The position numbers were made by a program, and so were the translations under genes. This document shows, piece by piece, positions 58,132-64,000 of a stretch of 64,000 nt of DNA. The notes below the pieces were generated by a model. It was not told the DNA's origin. It searched no databases and saw only the letters and a program-made list of their open reading frames with translations. Location: assembly GCA_011525385.1 (NCBI GenBank), contig WTGF01000121.1, forward strand, positions 492-64,491, in the 5' to 3' direction. Origin of the DNA: Chloroflexota bacterium (GTDB lineage: Bacteria > Chloroflexota > Anaerolineae > Aggregatilineales > Phototrophicaceae). Every line of letters begins with the position of its first letter. Position 1 is the first letter of the stretch.

Positions 58132-59454
58132 CTAGCCGCCAGGTCGGAAGTACGACGTGCCGTGCGTCTGATACCTAGGCGGGTATAAAACCGCCGCGTC
58201 CAAGGAGCTTTGACCTTTCTCGAAGTATTGCATGACGGTAATGATGGGGGCGGGCCATTGATGCCACAAGAAGGCTGACGCGCCAGGCGGCAGATCGGGA
58301 TTATGTCCCCCATAATCAAAGTAATAACGCCCCTGCGCCAGTTCCACATCCGATGTTTCCAGCGCGGCGACAATGGCGTCCGGGTCGGTGAAGCTGCCGG
58401 CGCGTTCCATGGCGTTCGCCAACAACAGTACACTGTCATAAGGCTCCATGGCAAAGCTGGGCGCGGTATCATCCCAGGCTTCTTCGTACTTGCGGTTGAC
58501 TTCGGCCGCCAGTTCGCTGAAGAGGGAGGGGATGACGCCGGTGCGGTTAAAGGCGCAGTAGTTGCCGTCTTCAACATTGCGCCAGAACTGCGTCGATTGC
58601 TCGGCATCGTAACCGGCGATGCAGATGGTCTCCGCGCTGGGCGCGATGCCCAATTCCGCCATTTGCTGGTTCAGGTTGAGGCCCGTATCGCCGGTGATGA
58701 TGATATGGATGGCGTCAGCCCGTTCCGGGCGTAATTCAATTCGGCTGAGAATGGGGATGAAATCTTCCGTCCCCAACTCGATATTATATTGCTCGACGCG
58801 CACGCCCGCCGCTTCCAGCCGCGCTTTCTCATCCGCCGCGGCCGGCTGCCCAAAATCGGTGTTTTCCGCCAGGATAATCACATCCTCAACGTCCAGCGAG
58901 ACAAGCCAGTCGACGATCACCGCCCCCACCATCGTCCAGGCGGGCGAGATACGGAAGATATAATCCACGCCGTCGTTGATGCGCGGCGGCCTGCCTTCAA
59001 ATTCGACGATGCCGTTGGCGGTGATATTGTCGTTCCAGGGACCGCCCCATACCGTCGGGATGCGGTTTTCCTGCAAGATGCTCATCGCAGCCAGCGCAAC
59101 CGCGCTGTGAAAGCCGGCGACCGCGCCGTGAATGCCTTCTTCGTATATGAAGCGCTCCGCCAGCGCCTGCCCGCGCTCGGAGATGCCTTCGGTATCCCCG
59201 GTGATGACCTCCAGTCGATGATTTGCGCCATTGATATTGATGCCGCAGTCGGCGTTGATGTCCTGCGCAGCCTGCTGCACTGCCCAGTCGATGACGACGC
59301 CGGCCACCACGGCCCCCGGCGCGGACAGCGGCGCGAAGGCGCCAAACTTGATCGTCTCCTCCGCGAATTCACAATTGTCCTCTGCGCCTGTCAAACTGAA
59401 ATTGGTCAGCAGCAGGAATAGCAGCGCGAGCGCCGCCAGTGATTTGCCTGACAT
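58132..59454 (-). CDS. ABC transporter substrate-binding protein (LivK / Peripla_BP_6-like), paralog 2
   Basis: Start moved to ATG 59454 (AAGGGGG upstream). Signal peptide. Shares long blocks with paralogs 1 and 3 (GPWNDNITANGI, ELGTEDF, QTHGTSY). Confidence 0.82.
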   Translation of the reverse strand: MSGKSLAALALLFLLLTNFSLTGAEDNCEFAEETIKFGAFAPLSAPGAVVAGVVIDWAVQQAAQDINADCGININGANHRLEVITGDTEGISERGQALAERFIYEEGIHGAVAGFHSAVALAAMSILQENRIPTVWGGPWNDNITANGIVEFEGRPPRINDGVDYIFRISPAWTMVGAVIVDWLVSLDVEDVIILAENTDFGQPAAADEKARLEAAGVRVEQYNIELGTEDFIPILSRIELRPERADAIHIIITGDTGLNLNQQMAELGIAPSAETICIAGYDAEQSTQFWRNVEDGNYCAFNRTGVIPSLFSELAAEVNRKYEEAWDDTAPSFAMEPYDSVLLLANAMERAGSFTDPDAIVAALETSDVELAQGRYYFDYGGHNPDLPPGASAFLWHQWPAPIITVMQYFEKGQSSLDAAVLYPPRYQTHGTSYFRPGG

Positions 59455-59589
59455 TAGACCCCCTTTTATTTTCGGCACGCTGGCGCAGAGGCGCGCCGCT
59501 GTAATATCAACATATCACATTGTGCTTGAAAGACAGAGTAGTCGGGCGCAACGCCGCGGCCGCGGCGCTTTCACCCGCTTCGTATGGCT

Positions 59590-60921
59590 TTAGCCGCCCG
59601 GATTAAAATATGATGTGCCGTGCGTCTGATACACGGGCGGGTACACAACCGCCGCGTCCAGGGCGTTTTGATATTGCTCGAAATATTGCATGACCGTCAC
59701 GACAGGCACGGGCCACTGGTGCCATAAATATGTTGGCGTGCCTTCCGGCAATTCGGGATTGTGGCTACCGTAGTCGAAATAGTAGCGACCCTGCGTCAAT
59801 ATGATATCCGCCCTTTCCAGCGCGCTGACGATGGCATCAGGATCCGTATAGCTACCGGCGCGTTCCATGGCGTCCGCCATCAGCCAGACGCTGTCGTAGG
59901 CTTCCATAGCGAAGCTGACCAGCACGTCGCCAAAGTCCTCCCGGTAGCGAAGATCCAGGGATTTGGCCATGTCATTGTATAGACTGGGGATGGTACCGAC
60001 GCGGTCGAAGGCGCAGAAGTTGCCATCGGGCACGGTGTTCCAGTACTGCTCGGATTGAAAAGCGAGATGGTTGGTGACGCAGATGGTGTCCGCGGTGGGC
60101 GCGATACCGAGCTCCGCCATCTGTTGCGTGAGGTTGTACGACGTCTCTCCGCTGACAAGGATGCGTATGGCGTCGGGCAGACGCGGCCGCGCGTAGATGC
60201 GGCTGAGAATAGGCACGAAGTCTTCGGTGCCCAGTTCGATCTCCAACTGCTCGACGTGCGCGCCGGCTTTTTCCAGGTGCGCGCGTTCCGCCGCCGCGGC
60301 CGGATGACCGTAGTCGGTATTTTCCAGGATCAGGATCACGTCCTCGACGCCCTGCTCGATCAGCCAGTCGGTGACAACCTTGCCGACAATCGAACTCGGT
60401 GGCGAGGTACGGAAGACATAGTCGATGCCGTCGTCGAAGCGCGGCGGATCGCCCTCGAAGCCGTCATAGCCAGCAGCGCTAATCAGGTCGTTGCGCGGGT
60501 GGGCGTAAATCGTCGGTACACGATATTCTTCCACCATGCCCATCGTCGCCAATCCAACTGCACTATGATAGAAACCGACGATGCCACGTACCTCGTCTTG
60601 CAGTATCAGGCGCTCGACCACCAGTTGACCGTATTCAGAGACGCCTTCCGAGTCGGCAGTGACCAGGTCTAGGCGATGATTCGCGCCGTCTATCGCAATC
60701 CCGCAGCCGGCATTGATATCGGCCACCGCTTGCTCAAAGCCCCATTTCATGCCGATGCCGCCGGCGACTGAGCCCGGGGCCGACAAAGGCACGACGCCGC
60801 CCAGCAGAATTGCGTCGGTGGCGAACTCGCAGTGGCCGTCTGCTTGCGCGACGCTTGCTGGCAGCGAGACTAGCAAAAGTAGATAAATCATCAGCCCCAG
60901 GTTCTGAAAGATCGAGTTCAT
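59590..60921 (-). CDS. ABC transporter substrate-binding protein (LivK / Peripla_BP_6-like), paralog 3
   Basis: Start moved to ATG 60921. Signal peptide. Same conserved blocks and Cys positions as paralogs 1 and 2. Confidence 0.82.
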   Translation of the reverse strand: MNSIFQNLGLMIYLLLLVSLPASVAQADGHCEFATDAILLGGVVPLSAPGSVAGGIGMKWGFEQAVADINAGCGIAIDGANHRLDLVTADSEGVSEYGQLVVERLILQDEVRGIVGFYHSAVGLATMGMVEEYRVPTIYAHPRNDLISAAGYDGFEGDPPRFDDGIDYVFRTSPPSSIVGKVVTDWLIEQGVEDVILILENTDYGHPAAAAERAHLEKAGAHVEQLEIELGTEDFVPILSRIYARPRLPDAIRILVSGETSYNLTQQMAELGIAPTADTICVTNHLAFQSEQYWNTVPDGNFCAFDRVGTIPSLYNDMAKSLDLRYREDFGDVLVSFAMEAYDSVWLMADAMERAGSYTDPDAIVSALERADIILTQGRYYFDYGSHNPELPEGTPTYLWHQWPVPVVTVMQYFEQYQNALDAAVVYPPVYQTHGTSYFNPGG

Positions 60922-61049
60922 GCCATCCCATCCCAACGCAAGTATCAGCTGCTAATCTGACTATCATACAATGTAAAACTTAGCACAGACTTTCGACGTG
61001 TTACAGCATAGATTCGCAGGCGCTAGATGCGGTGATGCACAATCAACAG

Positions 61050-61775
61050 TTATTCTTGGTCGCCGACATTTAGCGCTTTGATATCCGCATCTGTACGGTT
61101 TGATTCCTGCAGAAGGCCCTGGTGATCAGCGTCTATCATGGCCTTCGACTTGCCGCGGTACTGTTCCTCGGGCTCCCCGTCAGCATGCCAAAGGTTTTGC
61201 TTGTCCCAAGAGCGGGGCGGGGTCATGATGCGATTGAACAACTGTGAACCAAATAACAAAAACCTATTCGTTGCAGTTTTCGCCAGTTTACTTAAAGACG
61301 CGATGAGGCCGGCGCTCGCGGCGCCCTCATCTTCATGCCGCAACTTGTGTTTTCTCCGGGCGCGATGCGATGTGTTCAATGTGTCACGCAACTCCTGCGG
61401 CGCATACGTCGGATCCAGACGCCAGCTGATCCGATACAGACACTCAAAGATGAAGGCGAGAATCCAGGCGACGGCGAACATGAACAATCCGCTCTTCGCC
61501 ATCGCCTCAACGAGTTCCATATCCAGGAACAGGACCGCCGCCGCGCCAGTGAGCATCATCAAGATACCGCAAATTGTGGAAACGAAGCCGAAAACCCAGG
61601 CCGACCATCTGCCGCAGATCCTGAATCTGCCCACGCGGACCATTTTATTTCTCAGCGACCGAAGACCCCACAAGAAGATAGCTAATCCGGCGAGGGTCGA
61701 TCCAAACGCCAATTCGATCACGTCAAATGAGCGCTCTCCAAGTGCTACACCGAAAGTGCTTTGCAGGCACAGCAA
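61050..61775 (-). CDS. hypothetical membrane protein
   Basis: N-terminal half has 3-4 hydrophobic helices; the C-terminal half is charged and soluble. TTG start, uncertain. The overlapping plus-strand 246-aa ORF is Cys/Arg/Ser-rich and rejected. Confidence 0.45.
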   Translation of the reverse strand: MLCLQSTFGVALGERSFDVIELAFGSTLAGLAIFLWGLRSLRNKMVRVGRFRICGRWSAWVFGFVSTICGILMMLTGAAAVLFLDMELVEAMAKSGLFMFAVAWILAFIFECLYRISWRLDPTYAPQELRDTLNTSHRARRKHKLRHEDEGAASAGLIASLSKLAKTATNRFLLFGSQLFNRIMTPPRSWDKQNLWHADGEPEEQYRGKSKAMIDADHQGLLQESNRTDADIKALNVGDQE

Positions 61776-61998
61776 TCACAGCAGAATCAATGTTGGCGTT
61801 GCAAAGCTTACAGGATGTCAAAAATTCACAATAAATATTGTGACGACCCCTTTATTGCCCCAATTCAAACCCTTGTAACATGCTCTTTTATGTCACAGCG
61901 ATTGCTCATGCCTGCGGATGTCAGAGGCTGTAGATCAAGAGAATCTGGAAATATGTGTACTTATTTTGCTAGATGTGTCCGACTTCGTTCTTTGTTCC

Positions 61999-62364
61999 TC
62001 AAAAAATCCCGTTTTCATTCGGTGAATCTTTCGGGACTTCTTGAGCCGATTCCCACTCTTCGATGATTTTTTCATCCTCAAATCGAAAAATGTGAATGAC
62101 AGAAAATATATTCTCGGGGTCGAGCGCAACCTTAATGTGGACCGCAACCAAATCACCGTCTTCGAGAACGCGCAGGATCTCGCATTGCTTGTTGGGAAAC
62201 TGCCGCGCGCTTTCGTCCATTCCTCTGAGGAGCGTCTCGCGGTCGCCCTTGAAGTAGGCGTTGTGATGAATAAAGTCAGGGTGAATATATTTTTCGTAGG
62301 CTTCTGGCACTTCGCCTGAGCAAGCCATCTGAAGAAAACTTGTTGCCATGTCCTTTTTGAGCAT
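61999..62364 (-). CDS. NTF2-like / SnoaL-like family protein
   Basis: 122 aa from ATG 62364 (MLKKDMATSF...). Pattern typical of small SnoaL-like cyclase-fold proteins (DFIHHNAYFKGDRE, VAVHIKV, IIEEWE). Call made by eye. Confidence 0.55.
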   Translation of the reverse strand: MLKKDMATSFLQMACSGEVPEAYEKYIHPDFIHHNAYFKGDRETLLRGMDESARQFPNKQCEILRVLEDGDLVAVHIKVALDPENIFSVIHIFRFEDEKIIEEWESAQEVPKDSPNENGIF

Positions 62365-62395
62365 ATTCCTTATCTCTCCTCGTCCGTCGCAGCTT

Positions 62396-62423
62396 TTGAG
62401 TTTAGGTGAGCATAGAGTATAAT
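62396..62423 (+). promoter_or_regulatory. sigma-70-like promoter for thpR
   Basis: TTGAGT (62396-62401), 16-nt spacer, TATAAT (62418-62423), 34 nt before the ATG at 62457. Confidence 0.4.
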
Positions 62424-62456
62424 CCCGAACTGGAAAGATGTAAATCAGGTGCAAGC

Positions 62457-63011
62457 ATGCCTCGCCTCTTCGTCGCCATCGACCTGCCCGAAGACATCAA
62501 AGACCAGGTGCTGAGCCTGCGCCAGGATGATCTGCCGCCCGGGCGCTGGCCGCGCCGGGACGCGCTGCACTTGACCCTGCACTTCATCGGCGACGTGCCG
62601 GAGGCGGTCGCGCGCGCCTACGGGCGTATTCTGCGTGAGGTCGACGCGCCCGCTTTCGAGTTGCGCATCGCCGGCGTGGGACAATTTCCCATCGAAGCAC
62701 GGCCGCGCGTCATCTGGGCCGGCGTGGAGAATACCCCGCCGCTACGCGACGTGTACGAAGCGGTCGCGGTGGCCCTGGAGCGTGAGAGATTCCAACGCGA
62801 GCGCCGGCGCTTTCACCCACATATCACACTAATGCGCTTCAAGAAACCCTTGCGCCGCGGGCTGGCTTCAACCTGGCTGCGCCAGCACATGGACTTTTTC
62901 ACCGAGCCATTCCCGGTTACGAAGTTCGCGCTCTACGAAAGTGACTTGAAACCGAGCGGCGCGGTCTACAGGGTGCGCCAGGTCTATAATCTCGAACGCG
63001 CTGTCAAATGA
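62457..63011 (+). CDS. thpR: RNA 2',3'-cyclic phosphodiesterase (2H phosphoesterase, LigT/ThpR)
   Basis: Two HxTx motifs (HLTLHFIG and HPHITLMR). Start moved to ATG 62457 (MPRLFVAIDLP). Confidence 0.88.
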   Translation: MPRLFVAIDLPEDIKDQVLSLRQDDLPPGRWPRRDALHLTLHFIGDVPEAVARAYGRILREVDAPAFELRIAGVGQFPIEARPRVIWAGVENTPPLRDVYEAVAVALERERFQRERRRFHPHITLMRFKKPLRRGLASTWLRQHMDFFTEPFPVTKFALYESDLKPSGAVYRVRQVYNLERAVK

Positions 63012-63012
63012 A

Positions 63013-63999
63013 TCAGCCCCTGTTTTCCGCCTCGGTCAAGCGATGCACCCCCAGCAAAAGCCCCGCCAAGACAATGACCGCGCCCATCACCACAAATGTC
63101 AGGCTCAGGGAGCGCTGCGCCAAAGCGGCATAGACCGGCAAACCGAGCGCCAGGAACATGCTCAGGAACATGCTGATCATTGACAAGACGGTGGCGCGGT
63201 TCTTGCTTTCGATCAGCGCGTTCTGATAGGCGGAAAACAGCGGCGCTTTCATATCGTTGACCCCATACATCAAGATGATGACCAAGACCGGCGCGACGGG
63301 GCCGGCCACTCCCGCCAAGACCCAATACAGCGCTCCAGGCGCCAGGATCAGCAGCGCTATCGCCCGCGCTTGGCCCAGCCATTCTTCGACCTTGTAAGCG
63401 TAGCGCTGCGTCAATGCCGCCAGCAGACTGCCAAGGGACAACGTGATGCCGATGACGAAGGGTGAAACCTCGTTCTGCACCAGATATGGCGGACCGAGGA
63501 TCGTCACCATGGCGCCGGTAAAGGGCGAGGTGAAAACTACCAGCAGCGCAAGCCAGCGCAAGTGAGGTTGCGTGAGCAGCAAGGAGAGGCCATCGCGAAG
63601 CAAGGTCACGCTGCCCGCCTTTTTTCCCGCCGAATCCGTCGTCTCAATTGAAGGCTCGCGCAGCGTTAGACAGACGAACAGGCCAAGCAGGAGCGCAAGA
63701 ACCGTCAAGACGATGGCCGGAATGAAGTTCTCGACCGCGGCGTCGCCGATTATCAGACCGCCCAGGATAGGGGCTATGACGAAGGCGATCTGCGCGAAAC
63801 TGTTCACCCGGCCCATGACCCGCTTCATCGCGTCCTCGCGCCCTTTTTCGGGCAAGCTGTCATAGATCATCGCTTCCATCGCGCCAGAGGCAAAGGCGAA
63901 TCCCGTGCCCGTCAAGAGGGCGATAAACACGTACCATTCGAATCCGCGCGCGAATATGAAGATGAATTCGGCGCTCATCAAGAGAAAAGTGGACGCGAA
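63013..63999 (-). CDS. multi-pass membrane transporter, probably MFS; 5' end beyond the right window edge
   Basis: The reading frame stays open from the stop at 63013 to the window edge (upstream codons read ...FASTFLL before the track start). Continuous hydrophobic helices. Confidence 0.6.
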   Translation of the reverse strand, partial: FASTFLLMSAEFIFIFARGFEWYVFIALLTGTGFAFASGAMEAMIYDSLPEKGREDAMKRVMGRVNSFAQIAFVIAPILGGLIIGDAAVENFIPAIVLTVLALLLGLFVCLTLREPSIETTDSAGKKAGSVTLLRDGLSLLLTQPHLRWLALLVVFTSPFTGAMVTILGPPYLVQNEVSPFVIGITLSLGSLLAALTQRYAYKVEEWLGQARAIALLILAPGALYWVLAGVAGPVAPVLVIILMYGVNDMKAPLFSAYQNALIESKNRATVLSMISMFLSMFLALGLPVYAALAQRSLSLTFVVMGAVIVLAGLLLGVHRLTEAENRG

Positions 64000-64000
64000 A

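Overview
GC-rich bacterial chromosomal segment. Hand-counted 60-nt lines in core genes give about 70% G+C. Gene content and repeat types resemble Chloroflexota, but that is inference only. I support about 55 protein-coding genes.

Main gene groups:
- Three sugar-type ABC uptake loci: a truncated binding-protein gene at the left edge, 6350-9574, and 45307-49116.
- Glycoside hydrolases: GH116, GlgX and a GH38-like enzyme, plus a glycosylasparaginase.
- acs and a secreted alpha-carbonic anhydrase.
- A TetR gene followed by a menFDBEH menaquinone cluster.
- A Wzm/Wzt-type glycan exporter with an acyltransferase.
- A BMP-family (nucleoside-type) ABC operon with two tandem binding proteins.
- A hisD-hisC-hisB-hisN operon.
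- galK and a Mop-type [2Fe-2S]/molybdopterin aldehyde oxidoreductase.
- A nucleoside hydrolase next to three tandem LivK-like binding-protein paralogs.
- thpR, and a truncated transporter gene at the right edge.

I recognised no rRNA, tRNA, CRISPR array, transposase or integrase.

Accessory or unusual content:
1. An AT-rich single-gene island encodes a GmrSD-like DUF262/DUF1524 nuclease (1071-2912).
2. An AT-rich GxxExxY gene is bounded by about 30-nt inverted repeats and inserted between menF and menD. Cargo-less copies of the same arms are dispersed through the window.
3. A short C-tract/G-tract palindromic element occurs four times inside coding sequences without breaking the frame. One copy is in the GH116 gene and three are in the Mop gene.
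4. An AT-rich three-gene cassette (unknown 134-aa protein, then hicA, then hicB) lies next to an Uma2 endonuclease gene.
5. There are several GC-rich hairpin families.

Many long ORFs in the supplied track are antisense or alternate-frame shadows of real genes, and I rejected them. All functional calls rest on motifs read by eye. No database search was run.
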